From the human T2T-CHM13v2.0 reference genome, Homo sapiens, in the NCBI RefSeq assembly GCF_009914755.1, contig NC_060932.1: a DNA stretch of 64,000 nt. The stretch is one strand, 5' to 3'. The translations under genes were made by a program, and so were the position numbers. Positions 34,026 to 50,768 of this stretch are shown piece after piece. Within the stretch, counting starts at the first letter, position 1. Each line of letters opens with the position of its first letter. The notes under the pieces are model-generated. The model saw only the letters and a list, made by a program, of their open reading frames with translations. It did not search any database and was not told the origin of the DNA.

Positions 34026-35139
34026 AAATAGAGCATCAGCCACTTCTCTCCTCTTTTTACAAATTCAACTCAAACCATGAATCGGGAGAAATCGGAGTCA
34101 AACACGGGACAGCCAACAGTGTGAGGCTGAGTGTGATTAAGTACCAAGTCAGTGGTAGTGACAGGCGTAGGACCCTGGCAAAGGAGGAACAGCCCTGCCC
34201 ACATGCACAGCCAGGAGCTGCCCTGTGGCAAGGCTCCTCACTGGATGTGGGAGCAGAGGAGGAGGCAAACCAGAGAAGGTAAGATGAAACCCAAATGAGG
34301 CCATTTCATTCCCTTTCACCATTCTGTTGGCTGAGAAGGCTAAGGCAAGGGCCTGGAGTAGTGCAGAACCCCAGGTGTGGAAGTTGGAATACCAGGACTG
34401 ATAATAAGCTGTGTCATCATGGCCAAGCAATTCACTCTGCCTGCCTTAATTTCCCCAGTGGCCTGGTGGTGATGCCTTCCCAACCCACTTCCCAAAGTTG
34501 TAAGCCTCAAGTGACATCAGAAATAGGGGGGTGTCCGGAACAGTAAATATCACTACTGTTTTTGTTTGTATCCAAAGCCAGTCTCTGGGCATTGAGTGCT
34601 GTTCCCTTTTGGGTATCTGTCACCATTCATAGAAGAATGAACCACTTGCCAAGGCCACACTCAGTGATTCATTTGTCCCCCTGGAAATACCAGGAGAGCA
34701 CTTCCTTCTCAGGACAATCACTGCCAAGTGCCAAAAACCTCAAGAGTGATGAGCATGGGTTGTCCCAGAGTACAGAAAGGACCCACATCACCCAGTGACA
34801 GAGCAGGCAGTGGGCGTGGCTCTGAGCCTTTACTGTCTCCTCCCTCTGCGAGGAATGCCAGGGGGAGCTGTAAGCATCATTTAAGGGCACTGTGGTCCAG
34901 GACACAGGCTTGGGAGTTCTACATTGTGTATTTGTTTATTTTTGAGAAAGGAAAGAGAATACTACAAAGACTGAGCATTTATCATGTGCTAGGTGCTGTG
35001 CTATGTGCTTGACATACATGCATTTATCTCATTTAATAGCATCTCAGTGACCTGGCTATTATTATTCCTACTTTACAAAGAGGAAGCTCAGGATTAAAGA
35101 TTTAAGTAATTTGCCTAAGGTAATTCACCTAATAGGTGG

Positions 35140-35975
<836 letters not shown>

Positions 35976-36279
35976 GTGGGATACCTTGAATTTGACCTTG
36001 GGCCTGCCTTACTGAAAATTTGTGCTCCTATTATACCAAATTGACCTGGCTTTGAAACCTGGTTCCATTTGTTAGATATGTGATTTGGGGCACATTAACA
36101 GTGACAGAAAAATAGGCTTTACAAGCTTCTTTGGATTTGAGAAGTACCATATTTGATTGTGCGCCCCAAATTTATTTATCTGGTGACCTAAAAGGCTGAT
36201 ATTACCCTGATATTTAAAGCAAGAAATATTCTCCTAGATGGCACCATTCAAGCAGCTCAGACTTTCAGCTCTTATAATC

Positions 36280-37041
<762 letters not shown>

Positions 37042-37229
37042 TAACCCAATTGATGAAGTAGGTTGGAAGTACCAGTGTTATTAGAATTAATATCGTAAGG
37101 CTCTTTGGGAACTGCAGTAAGCCCTCATAGGAGAATCATAGCAGAGGCCCCTGGTTTTAGAATAAAACCATGTTTCTTAGGCAAATAACAGCTCTCAGCT
37201 TGTTTCTGGGCCATGGGAGAAACTTAACA

Positions 37230-37591
37230 GAGTAGTCCCCCTGCCTTATCAGTAAGGGATACATTCCAAGACCCCCAGTGGATGTCTGAAACTGTAGATA
37301 GTACCAAACCCTATGTATTTTGTTTGTTTGATCTAATAACCAAGATGGCTGCTAAGTGACTAACAAACAGTAGCATACACAGCGTTAATATGCTTGACAA
37401 ATGGAAGATTTGTGTCCCGGGCAGGATGGAATAGGACAGAGCAAGATTTTGTAGAGTACTCAGAATGGAGTGCAACTTAAAACAAATGAGTTATTTATTT
37501 CTGGAGGTTTCCATTTAATATTTTCAGATTGCAGTTGTCCATAGGCAACTGAAACTTCACAAAGTAAAACCATGAGTAAGAGGGGACGATG
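37230..37591 (+). mobile_element. MER44 (Tigger7-derived) DNA transposon
   Basis: 'agtagtccccctgccttatc..gggatacattccaagacccccagtggatgtctgaaactg..atagtacc' with inverted end 'taagaggggacgatgta'. Confidence 0.85.
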
Positions 37592-38483
37592 TACCTGGCC
37601 ATGCAGCACCTTGCTACTTAAGCAGCTTATTATGAACTAAGATATTGTTTCAGAAAGAGTATTCCACTAACACCCAGAAACTTCCCTGAGGTATCAGCAC
37701 CTTCTGGCACACATGTCTTGGCAAGATACAAGTGAACCTGCTCCTTCTGCTCTCCAGACTATCCACAATATGTCATCAATATAACAGACTCACAGGATAC
37801 CCTGCAAAATGATAAGATGAGAAAGTCTCCTATGTACTAAGTTATGGCAGAGCCAGAGTTGACATAACTTTGAAGCAAAATGGTGAAGATGTACTGTTGC
37901 CTCCTCTAGGTAAAAGCAAACTGCTTCTTGTTTTTGTCTTCTCATTGGGATAGCTGAAAAAGCATTTTGCAAATTAATAGTTGTATATTAGGGACCACGG
38001 GCTTTTGAGGTTTTGGGACTTTGTCAATTTGCTTCAATAAGGAAATCACAACTTGGATCAGTGACTGCAATAGAAGTCTCTTCCTGATTAAGCTTTTGAT
38101 AGTCCACTGCTATTTTTTAACCTCCAAGTATCTTTCTGTACCAACTAAATATAGTGATATACAGAAATAACCACTCATATATATTTCAAGTCTTTGGTGA
38201 TGCCACACATTTCTGCAGTTCCCTCAGGAAAGGGTGGCTGCTCTTGATTTACTTTTCTGGCAGGGAGGGGGAGCTTTCATTTTCTCTCTTCTGCAATAGT
38301 AGCCTTTATTTATGGGTCCCAGGGGCAATATGGAATTCTACTATGGAATTCTACCAAGCTGAGCCTCTATGATTCCATCAGACACTACAGGACTAGAGAA
38401 ATAACCACAGGGTGAGCTGAAGGCTCTAGTGAGTCTGTTGCAAAGCAGCCTACAATAAAAATAGAGTGGATCACCCGACACTG

Positions 38484-38972
38484 GGTATTAGTTATCTATA
38501 GCTACGTCTCAAGTTACCCAAAACTTAATAGCTGAGAACAGCACTTACCATCTCACAGCATCTGTGGTTCAGGAATGCCGGAGCAGCATGGCTGCATGGT
38601 CCTGGCTGAGCATCCCTCCCAGCCTGCTGTCATCTCAAGGCTTCCCTGAGGGATGATCCACCTCCAAGCTCAGTCACGTGGTCGCTGGCAGGCTGTAGTT
38701 CTTTGACATGTGGGCCTTTTTATGCCTCACAACATGGGAGCTTTCTTCCCCCAGCTGAGCAATTCAAGAGAGTGTGAAAGAGAACCCAAGGTCCAAAAAA
38801 AAGAAAAAAATCTTTTTATAACCCAATCTTGGAAGTGACATTCCCTAAGTTCTGCCATATTTCATTTACTAGACCAAATAAACCCAGCCCACATTCAAGC
38901 AGAAGGGATTCCACAAGGGTATGGATACAGCAGGCAAGGAATGCTGCACTTCATTTTAGAGGCTGGCATTAC
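38484..38972 (-). mobile_element. MLT1 (F/G-like) LTR nested in ERVL-int
   Basis: 'gtattagttatctatagct...atctcacagcatctgtggttcaggaat...atccacctccaagctcagtcacgtgg...cattttagaggctggc'. Confidence 0.82.
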
Positions 38973-39294
38973 TCTGATTATTGGCCCACAGTAGTGTGCT
39001 AAGTCCCCATGAATTAAGGATAGCTCAAAGTCGGCATCATGAACCCTAAAAATCTGTGTAACTTCTTTCCTCAGAATAAAATTACCCTGGTAAATGACTG
39101 CAGGACCCTTTCAGAAGGCTGGAGGGAAGATGTGCTTACATACTTGAGATGATTTTGGAGGGTCTTCCTCAGGGTACTCAATCTTCCACTCATTCTAAGT
39201 GTTCTCAGTTCTCTAGCTTTGTGAACTGACTCTATTCTCTTTTGATGACTTGATGGCTCAAGTATGAGCTCTAGTTCCCAGAAAAGGAGAGGTG

Positions 39295-39564
39295 TTTTTG
39301 TTGTTGTTGTAGTTTGTTTCTGATGGGGGTCTCACTCTGTCACCCAGGCTGGAGTGTAGTGGCGCAATCTTGGCTCACTGCAAACTGCGCCTCCCATGCC
39401 TCGGCCACCCGAGTAGCTGGGATTACAGTGCCTGCCACCATGTCCGTCTAATTTTTGTATTTTTAATAGAGATGGGGTTTCATCACGTTGGCCAGGATGG
39501 TCTCAAACCCCTGACCTGAAGTGATCTGCCATCCTCAGCCTCCCAAAGTGCTGGGATTACAGGC
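39295..39564 (-). mobile_element. Alu (AluS) with a small internal deletion
   Basis: TSD cagaaaaggagag/cagaaaaagagag. Confidence 0.93.
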
Positions 39565-41650
39565 AGAAAAAGAGAGTTTTAAAATTTGTTTGGGTTTTTT
39601 TGTTTTGTTTTGTTTTGTGTTCAATTTTAAGGTTTCAAGTAGAACCTTCATGATTTGCCTATCTATTTTCACCCTTGGGACTCCATGATAAATTCACCAC
39701 CACCAAAGCCCAGAGCACTGGGATTGCCACCCCTGCATGTCTGCTTACTCTGGTCGCCACACCTATTGCCTCCAGTGGTTGAGTGAAGCTATGTGACCAA
39801 TGCCATCCAGATCCTTGATGACATCAGGAAGGCCATTCAACTTCAGTATCTTCTATCATTATCCCTGGTTTTCACAAATAGCCCCTCCAGCATTTTTCAA
39901 TGATGCTGGTTCTTTCTTTGCCAATGTATTACCCAAGGCTTGGAGAAAGGAGTTTCTTTTTTTAGTTCTCTCAGAAAATATGTTTAGGGAGTAGTTAGGT
40001 AGCTTTTATGTAATACTCCATTTTTCTGTCTACAATTTTAATTTCTCCTTTATTTCTCTAAATTATCCTGAGAGATTTTCAGTATCTAAACTTCATTTTC
40101 CAGGGGCCACCTTTGGGACAGGTTTAAGTCAACCAACTAACCAATTATCTAGAATCAGCTAAAGATGCTCAAGCGAGCACATTGACCCAAGCATTGTTGA
40201 CCTGACTTCTCTCTTTCTGCCTTGGTTCCTAACCAGTGGGTTCTGACTGCTACAGCATGTTTCTCTAACGGAATGTTAAGTGGTGGTTTCCCATATTGAA
40301 GCAGAGGAGTTGAGCTCAGAAATTAGATTCTTCTCTGACTTTCCAAGCTCAGTATTTCTGACTCGTGCACTGCCATCTGCTTTCAGATCTCCAGGAAACA
40401 AGGAACAGGAAATGGAAGAACACAGAGTTCACAGGCTCACACTGCAGCCTTGGCTCTTCCTCAGAGGGTCTTGGAATAGTGACTCAACCTCTTTAGGTTT
40501 CAGTATCTTTAACTGTACTAAGAAGAGATTGAATTAGAGGGTCTCTACTATCCCTTTGCCCCTTACAATATGGGCCTCTAGCCTAATTCTCCTGGATATC
40601 AAGCCCTAAAACCTACACCTGCTTTCCTTCTAGCCACTATTTATTCTGAAGCTAGTGATTCTTTCCCAGGCCCAGTATCTTATCTAATTAGCCATTTACC
40701 CATCACATTGCATCAGTTTATCTGGTATATTTAAGCACAGATAATATTAGAACCTCCTCTTCCCTAGGGAGTCTAAGATACCCCAGAATATGGTAACTTT
40801 TCATCAGAAAGGGAAAAGAAATTATAATAGAGCAATCCACACACTAAGAATCTATTTCAACATTTTCTACCTACCATCTATGTTACCATTTTCAACATTC
40901 ATTGAACACCAACTATGTATTAGGTCTTTGGACACTTCATATACTTCATATCACTTATTTTCACTACATAACTCTGGAGATAAGCATCCTTCTCTATTTC
41001 GTGGATGAGAACACTGAGGCTCAGAGAAGTTAGTCCGGCTTGCCCAAGATAAAAACGCTGGTGGGTGGTATAATTCTAACCCAATCTACTTGGCCCCAAA
41101 GCTAATGCTCATTACACTGCCTCCATATCATACAAGCAGTTGGGTTCTTTCTCTGTTTCTAGGGCCTTTTGTTTACAACAATTATTCAAGGTTTGACCAC
41201 ACTTACCCCTGTTTTACAACCATTTTCTTCAGATCTGCCTCAACCAAGGATCTATCAGTTGAATAACTGACCTTTGCCAGGGAACTTTTTACATCTTATT
41301 CATCTCTCTATTCCTTCCCCACCCCCAGACCTAGCTTCCAGCAGGTGTAAAATATATGCTTGCTAATTAACATACATCAGTATTCCAAAAATGTCCTCTG
41401 CAATGAATACGATGCTGATGACTTTTGTTGAAAGAAGGCTTTTTAAAACATCATTTAAGAAAGAAAATTGGCACTTGTCATACTGCCCATTATGACCGTC
41501 ATCAGCTAAGCTTCTTTTTTTTTTCCTGCCCCAATTTAAAAAGTAAAGTCTGATTTATTAGAATGGCTCACATTTCTGAAGCTATTACTATTGCTATTGC
41601 TAGAGCTGTGGCCAGCTCCTCCCTGGACAAAGGAAGGTGAAGTGTGATTG

Positions 41651-41702
41651 ACACCAGATTCACCTGCCATTTATGCACACCAGATTCACCTGCCATTTAT
41701 GC
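41651..41702 (+). repeat. Perfect 26-bp tandem duplication
   Basis: ACACCAGATTCACCTGCCATTTATGC x2. Confidence 0.97.
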
Positions 41703-42279
41703 TAATGAGTACAGTCACAATTAATGTCCCTGAGGTTCTCATATGGACTGTGGAGTCATGCTGATTCAAATCCTGATTCACTCAGATTTCTAAGGAGTTC
41801 TGAAATGCTGGGAAAAAAACAGAGGACCAAGCAACAAAGTGAACCCTTGGCTGTTGTGCCCTTTCTTTGTCCAGAGACCTGCCATTTTGTCTTCTGGATA
41901 CCTTTGTTTGGCCGATATTGGGATAGACCTATGACGTTCAAATGGGGCTGCTCATTGGTTCGCTGCCAGGCAAGAGAGTGGTCTCTGGGGTGAGGTGCAG
42001 GGCTTTATCTTAGACTTAGAATTTGGACACTTTTCCACCAACAAGCCAATATTTGCTTTCTCTAACATAAGGGCAGTGTTGGATCAGAAAATGTCTGCAG
42101 ATTCAGATGCTAATGCCTACACTTCTGCTAGCACACAATCAAATTCACATTGCTTCCCTAGCGGAAATTTTTATCAGAGATATTTTGTCTGGACCATTCA
42201 CTAAATCCCAGATTCAGGGCCAATAAAAACTCTACCATTCCTACACTTACATGCTGTAGTATTATGGTGCACCTTCCAA

Positions 42280-43150
42280 GCCATCACCTATTCTGTCTGT
42301 CCAACTTTCAAAACGTGACCTGAACCTTTCCTTCTCCCCATGTCCAGCACTACTATCCTGTTCAGGCCACCATCGCTTCTCAACTGAACCACTGAGAAGT
42401 GGTTTTTCACCTCTCAAGTGGTGTTTCAGGATTGATCCCTGACATATCAATCCTTCCTTCCTTCTCCCCATGTCCAGCACTACTATCCTGTCCAGGCCAC
42501 CATCGCTTCTCAACTGAACCACTGAGAGGTGGTTTTTCACCTCTCAAGTGGTGTTTCAGGATTGATCCCTGACATATCAATCAGAATGGTCTTTGAAAGG
42601 TAAAAACCAGATTGTATCGTTCCTTTGCTTAAATCTTCAAGCGGATTCCACTGCATTTAAAATAAAATGTAATCTTGCCATGGCCTGAAAAGTCCTAGAC
42701 TTATGGCCTGTGCCTCCCAATCTGATCTCATCTCATCTCCTATCATTCCCCTCCTTGCTCACCCTGCCCCAGACCCACTGGCTTTCCTGTATCCCTGGAA
42801 TATGGCAAATGTGTTCCCACCCACGGGCCTTTGCACTTGCTCTTCCTTCTGCCTAGAGCACACTTGTACCTGTTCTTACAATGCTTGGCTCCTTACCCTT
42901 CAGGCTCACATGTCATTCTCTCTGTTGCTTCCCTGACCCCTTCATTTGAGCAGTCCTCTCTGTCCCCATCATACTTCGTCATATCACCCTGATGTATTTC
43001 CTTCACAGTACTTATAACCACCTGAAATGATTGTGTTTACTGTTTATTTGCTTAAAAAAAAAAACCTCTAAAATGTGAGCTTTCTGTCCTTTTGGGATCT
43101 TGCACATAGTAGGTGCTCAATAAAACATAAATTTGTGTTGAATAAATGAG
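42280..43150 (-). mobile_element. L2 remnant
   Basis: 'caggccaccatc', 'gggcctttgcacttgctcttccttctgcctaga', 'gcacatagtaggtgctcaataaa...tgaataaatga'. Confidence 0.8.
42328..42582 (+). repeat. 130-bp-period tandem duplication
   Basis: Copies 42328-42452 and 42458-42582 differ at 2 of 125 positions. Confidence 0.97.
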
Positions 43151-43877
43151 TGAACCATACATGTTCAATGTATAATAGCAATACCAAGGAGAAAGCTGTT
43201 AAAACTGTATGTGGTATGGAAAGACTTCAGGGAAGAGGTAATCTTTGTTCTGAGTCTCAAAGCATGAGAGGTTTCCCATCAGGTGCACAGGACGGGAAAG
43301 GATGTGCGATGGGGAACAGACAGATAACTACAATACTGCTGAGTCTTATGGCCCAGGTCTACAATGTCCTATGAGAGCACAGAATAAGGAGTGACTAAAG
43401 CTGAGTAGGAGGTCAGGGTTTAAAGAAGGAAATAACGCTTGAGCCGGGTTAAAAAGACTTTACCAGGCTAAGATAGGGAAGAGGCTTTTCAGCAGAGTAA
43501 ACATTCTAGACAAGGCACAGAGTCATGAAAGAGAATGGTGAGAAGGAGGCTCGAGGGAAGGGGGGTGTTGGGATTAGATCATCAAGGGCCTGGCTTGCCT
43601 GCTAAGGATTTTGGATATTTTTTCTCATTAAAAAATATAGAAAATAGAAGTATTTAACATTCTGTGGAAAATAAACATATTAACACTATGACTAACCAAC
43701 AATGTGACCTTCACATATATAATAAACATGAGTCAGGGAGACTTAAAAATATCTAAATGGAACACATATATTTATATAATTATAGATGTACATCCAAACA
43801 TTGTTATTTTTGGTAGATCAAAAGGCTTTATGCATGACCAGATTTGCATGCTAGAAAGTTCATTCTAATGATACCAG

Positions 43878-44098
43878 ATGGACTTCTCCAACTATCTGTG
43901 GTGAAAGACCAAATATTATAATTTCTAATCTGTTGTGATTAATATTTTGTAAAACACAACAAAAAATGTCGTGGTAATGTTAAATTGCTCTAAATGTCCC
44001 TAAGCACTTACTCTTGGACTCTGTACCTCCTCCCAATTGGGTAAGAAATATTTGGTGGACTGGCCCTGATCCGTGGACCCCACTTTGAAGCACATTGC
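43878..44098. mobile_element. hAT-Charlie-type MITE
   Basis: Termini 'acttctccaactatctgtgg' and 'ggaccccactttgaagcacattg'. Confidence 0.55.
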
Positions 44099-44777
44099 AC
44101 TAGAGTGTGAAGGGTCAGTGAGCTCATGGAGACTGTCTAGAAGGGTCCAGGCAGAAGGTGGTCACGGCACCCATTATCCTCTATTAACACTTTTGTGTCC
44201 CCTATGGGCCACTACCTCTCCATGACCCTTCTGCCACTGAGAGTGTGAGGTTATCAACAAACTCACTAAATACTTGTTCAATTGAAGAATGGCCCACTCC
44301 CCGAGGAAATGGTGTAATCCTGCAAAAATGCCTGTTATTTTTCAATAGCCACTGCCAGTTAATCCATCATTCAGTTGAGAGGGGTTACTCTGGAGACATT
44401 TTGGCTCAGAAATCAGTGTGCACCCTTAGATCTAACAAAAATAGCAAAGAAAAATATGTTTTTGAATTTACATATGTAATTGTATGCAATGTGTTTCATT
44501 CAGATATTTGCAAGACATCCCTTTGGTACATGTGAGGGTCACACATATCAGCCTCTCTGTTGCTGCTCTGACCCCTTTACCTGAGCATTCCTCCCTCTCC
44601 CCATCATGCTTCATCATATCTCCCTGGTGTATTTCCTTCATGGTACTTACCAGTTCCATCATAGTGTTCATTTATTTTGCCTGGTGTGGTGAAAATAGTA
44701 TGGATTGTGGAATTCTAGTTTTGCCATTTTACTAACCCTACGTGGCAAGTAAGGTGACCTAACTTCAATGAGCTTTA

Positions 44778-45185
<408 letters not shown>

Positions 45186-46414
45186 TTAAATACCACATGC
45201 AAAACACCTGGCATACAGAAGGTGCTGAATAAATGTTGTCCTTTCACCTTATTAATTTTGTTCCTTGTAAATACCCTTAGCCATGGGCTACAGAAAAAGA
45301 TTAGGGTCTTTGAATAGCTTTTTAACAGCCCAGAATAATGAATAAAGAATTGCTGGTGGAGTCTGTTTGTCCTCCCTCTGTTTCTGCTACACCAAATGCA
45401 ACAAGTTTCTTATCCCAAATAATTACTTGCACATGCCTGATCTCCAGTGGAGCCCATCCCTATTTGCTCCTAAAACAATTGTATAATAATACCAAAGATC
45501 TGAAATCTCATGAAGCTCAGCCTACCCAGGCTGTCCCCAACTATGTTAAATTGAGCTTGGTGTAGGAGAGGTATCTGCTTGGCTTTTTCCCTTCCTTTGA
45601 GCTTGCACTGGCTTCAAGAGCTGAGTTCATAGACCTTAGCAGACGTGTAAGATCAAAAAGAAACTGGTCCCTGGGGAGAAAATAAAAATTCCCTCCAAGT
45701 GCATAAGGTAATGTAATAGCGATGACTTGACAAGCAAGGCCTTCCTTCCCAGGGATCTGGACAGACTCTCCTTAGACTGTCTTAGAGGACCCACCAGACC
45801 AACACCAGCCTCTGATGTCCACACTGCATGAAACACTGCTTCCTGGCTGCCTTGCCAGTCTAGGCGGAAGGTGCAGGTAGTGAGAACCACCATGAAATGG
45901 TCTTTGGCTCTGAATAGTGACCAAGAGCATTTCTGAGCCCCAACACCCCTTTGTCCCCTCCACACACATCTGCCAAGCTCCACCCTTCCCCTGGCAGGGT
46001 TTGAGGGTAGCTCACACATTCTCTGAGCAGCTGCCAAAGTGCTCCCAGGAAGGCTGGACCTCTCTCTGCCAGCAGCTGGTGCCCTCTGCTCTGCTCTGCT
46101 CTTTTTCCCTTACTCCTGTTCTCAATGAAATGGGCTGTACTTGGAGTAATTCTGAAGGTTACTGATGATACCCAACAGAATCAGACAGACCCTGGGTCTC
46201 ATCCCAGCTCCTTCCCTTGCTAGCTGTGTAGCCCAGTTTCCTAAGTTGCAGCTTCCTTGCCTACAAATGGTGCATGACAATGATGCTTGTCTGATGAAGT
46301 GATTGTGTAACTGATTGAAATGATGCACTAGGTGCTTAGTGCAGTGCTTGCTGGAGAATGGATGTTCAACAAAATACTAGTTGTTATTACTGTTGTTGTC
46401 ATATAATCTGCTAG

Positions 46415-47215
<801 letters not shown>

Positions 47216-48063
47216 GCTGCAGAGTACCATTAAACCCACTATAAAAGATCTTCCTTAGGAAAATGGGCTTGGGAAAGAGGGCTTTTGCTTGCTTCTTATT
47301 CAAGAGTCTCAAATCTTGACAGCATTTCATTGTCAGCTGCAAAACTCTCTTTGCTGTCTCTCCCAGGAACCCATTCATGGTCCACCCTGCCACACCCTGA
47401 TAGGCAGAGGCCCCATGGTCAATGGATCCCTGGAACCATGGAACATAAACAGCCTGGGGGTGAGCCTGTTGGGTGGTGGGATGAGATGGAATGAGCTATA
47501 ATGGCTAGAAATATGTAGCTGGAACAAAGGAACTCTTAAGAAAGATTAAGATCTTTCTTAATCTTGAATCCCCTGGATATTATTCATATTATGAGGATGC
47601 TGTAGACAGGCCAAGCCTTGGGTCATTTGGTCTTATGTTAGGCACCTGGATACAAACCATACCATGATCAATCTTCACTCTGGACATGAAGTGACTTTGA
47701 TGCCCGCAAAACTGTAGAAATAGATGTATGACTCTCAATCCCTGATCACTGAGAAGGGAGAGATACCATGTTGCACAATTCAAGGCAGAAATCATGCATT
47801 GTGTCCATGAATTTGTGGAATATGATGGCAATGATGCCCTGGATTTCTGCGTGCAGTGGCAGCTCTGGGAGGGGGCGCAGGGGAGTTCGGAAAAAAAGGC
47901 CCAGCCCAGGAGATCAGGGGCCTCAGGCAGTTTCCAAATCAGGGATCGGTGGGAGTGGAGGTAGAGATCCGGCCTTTTCTCACTCTAGATTAGCCGCATC
48001 ACCTTCTCTGCAAATATCCTCACCTCTGAGGAGACTCAGTTTTCTCACTGTAAAATGAGAGGG

Positions 48064-48556
48064 TCTAGGAGGCTGAATAATGGTCCCCCAAAATATCTAT
48101 GTCCTAAACCCTGGAACCTGGGAATGTTACCCTATATAGCAAAAGGGACTTTGCAGGTGTGATTAAGTTAGGGCCTTGAGATGGGGAGATGGTCCTGGAT
48201 TATCCAAGTGAGCCCTAAATGTAATCACACATGGCCCCGTGGGAGGGAGGCAAGAGGGACACTGGACTACAGCAGAGGAGAAGTTGATGTGATGACTGAT
48301 GCAGAGAGGGGAGTGATGTACCCACAGCAAGTGAATGCCAGCAGCCACTGGGAGTGTCACTATTGGAAGAGGCAAGATACAGATTCTCCCCAGGAGCCTA
48401 GAGCAGGAACCAGTCCTGCCAACATATTGAATTTAGCCCCACAAGACACATTTCAGACTTCTGCCCTCCAGAACTGTAAGGGAATACATTTCTGTCATTT
48501 TAAGTCACTAAGTATGTAGTAACAATATGCACCAGCTGCAGCAGAAAATTAATACA
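48064..48556 (+). mobile_element. MLT1D-like LTR
   Basis: 'gctgaataatggtccccc..atgtcctaaaccctggaacctg..aaaagggactttgcaggtgtgattaagtta' through 'gcagcagaaaattaataca'. Confidence 0.88.
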
Positions 48557-49233
48557 AGGGGTTACGCTTTATATGGTAACAAAGATAATGAAAAGAATGA
48601 TCATTAAGGGCTCATCTTGTGCCTAGCATTCTATAACACGTTTTACACCTACTTACCCTTAAATCCTAACTACAACCCTGAGAGGTAAGTATTATTAGTC
48701 TCAGGGAACTGAGAATTAGAGAGGTTAATTAACTTTCCTGAGATTAAACAAATAGCAAGTGGAGAGAGCTGGAATTTAATCTCAGGCTCAGCTACTTACC
48801 TAGCACCTGTGATACCCTGTCTCCCTCTACATAAGCAGTTTTTCCATATACTTTACTTTGTCCTTTTAAGAAGTGTAAAAGATTTCACAACTTACATACC
48901 GTTTAATTTCTGCTTTCCAACAGAACTCCAAATATCCGCGTGTATGCGTGCATATTGGGACTTTTGTCTTGGGAAATGACACCTCAGTTTCTTAGGTGTA
49001 CTCAAAATTCTGAGTCAAAATTACTTTTAGTTTATGAAGACCCAATTTTAATAATGCATAAAAACTCACTCAATAGATAACTCTATCTATTAGAATGGAT
49101 AAAAGCGCTAAGAAAAATTACCCAAAACTTGAAAATGTGGTGAAAGACAGTGTGTCCTTTCAAAGACTTAGTGGACCATTGTTTAACAGCTCGCCCAAGG
49201 GCAATTTAACTCTCTTGGTCAGTGGTTCTCAAG

Positions 49234-49556
49234 TTTTTTTTTTTTTTTTTTTTTTTTTTTCAGAGACAAGGTCGCTGGTTGTGTCGCCCGGAGTGGAGTC
49301 AATGGTGTAATCATAGTTCACTGCAGTCTCAAACTCCTGGGCTCAAGCAATCATCCCACCTCAGCCTCCCAAGTAGCTAGGACTACAGGGGTGGGTCACC
49401 ATGCCCAACGAATTTTCTTATTTTTGTTTATTTTTTTTAGAGACAGAATCTTGCTATGTTGCCCAAGCTGGTATTAAACTCCTGGCTTCAAGTGATCTTC
49501 CTGCTTCAGCCTCCCAAAATGCTGGGATTACAGATATGAGCCATAATGCCCAGGCT
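49234..49556 (-). mobile_element. Alu (AluJ)
   Basis: 'ctgcagtctcaaactcctgggctcaagcaatc', 'ttgctatgttgcccaagctgg'; TSD ttctcaa. Confidence 0.93.
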
Positions 49557-49611
49557 GATTCTCAAATTTTTCATCGCAAGACTCCCTTATACTATTAAAA
49601 ATTAGTGAGTT

Positions 49612-49750
49612 CTTTCACTGGGCTTAATACCTGGGTGATGGGGTGATAGGTGCAGCAAACCACCATGGCACACGTTTACCTATGAAACAAACCTGCACAT
49701 CCTGCACATGTACCCCTGAACTTAGAAGTTGAAGAAAAAACAAACAAAAA
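49612..49750 (+). mobile_element. L1PA (older) extreme 3' fragment
   Basis: 'cttaatacctgggtgatgg..caaaccaccatggcacacgtttacctat..cctgcacatgtacccctgaactta'; TSD aaaaattagtgag/aaaaattaacgag. Confidence 0.9.
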
Positions 49751-49796
49751 ATTAACGAGGTCTTTACATTCTTTTTGGTTATATGAGCTATATTTA

Positions 49797-50021
49797 TTTA
49801 TTTTTCTTTTTTTCTATTATTCTTTTTTTTCTTTTTTTATTATTATACTTTAAGTTCTAGGGTACATGTGCACAACATGCAGGTTTGTTACATATGTATA
49901 TATGTGCCATGTTGGTGTGCTGCACCCATTAACTCGTCATTTACGTTAGGTGTATCTCCTAATGCTATCCCTCCCCCCTCCCCCCACCCCACAACAGGCC
50001 CTGGTGTGTGATGTTCCCCTT
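49797..50021 (-). mobile_element. L1PA4/5-like extreme 3' fragment
   Basis: 'attatactttaagttctagggtacatgtgcacaac...ccctcccccctccccccaccccacaacagg'; TSD atattta. Confidence 0.93.
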
Positions 50022-50273
50022 GATATTTACCATATTTAGAAATTAAAACTAAAAAAGTTCAGAATACTTATTATCAATTCATCTAAAGCAACAATAATAA
50101 ACCCATTATATATTAAATAACATTATGAAAAAATCTGTATTTACAACTCAAAATAATTTAGAGAGAAGAGTAACATTGTTTTATATTTTTACAAATCTCT
50201 TTAATGTCTGGCTTAACAGAAGGCAGCTAGAGTCTCATATTTGTGTCTGCATTCAATCTGGTGTAATAACTAG

Positions 50274-50768
<495 letters not shown>

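Larger units (their letters stand above)
37645..40260 (-). pseudogene. Decayed ERVL (class III) gag-pro-pol internal region
   Basis: Frameshifted minus-strand translation gives RT motifs INLQNAFSAIP, KQFAF, LCHNLVHR and CYIDDI (YIDD at 37772-37783), and protease-like FELSLIHGD..HYCGP near 39000; the gag-side boundary is approximate. Confidence 0.8.

Noticed and set aside
34120-34290. Strong donor AAG|GTAAGA ending ORF 33878-34282
   Set aside because: No convincing acceptor, and the ORF runs through MER20-like and L2-like remnants
37645-39100. ERVL pol as a possible domesticated gene
   Set aside because: Multiple stops, frameshifts and nested insertions despite the preserved YIDD codons
47850-47882. 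CTCF-like motif CTGGGAGGGGGCGC
   Set aside because: Mismatches at core positions and wrong spacing of the upstream TGCAGT; cannot be supported without ChIP data
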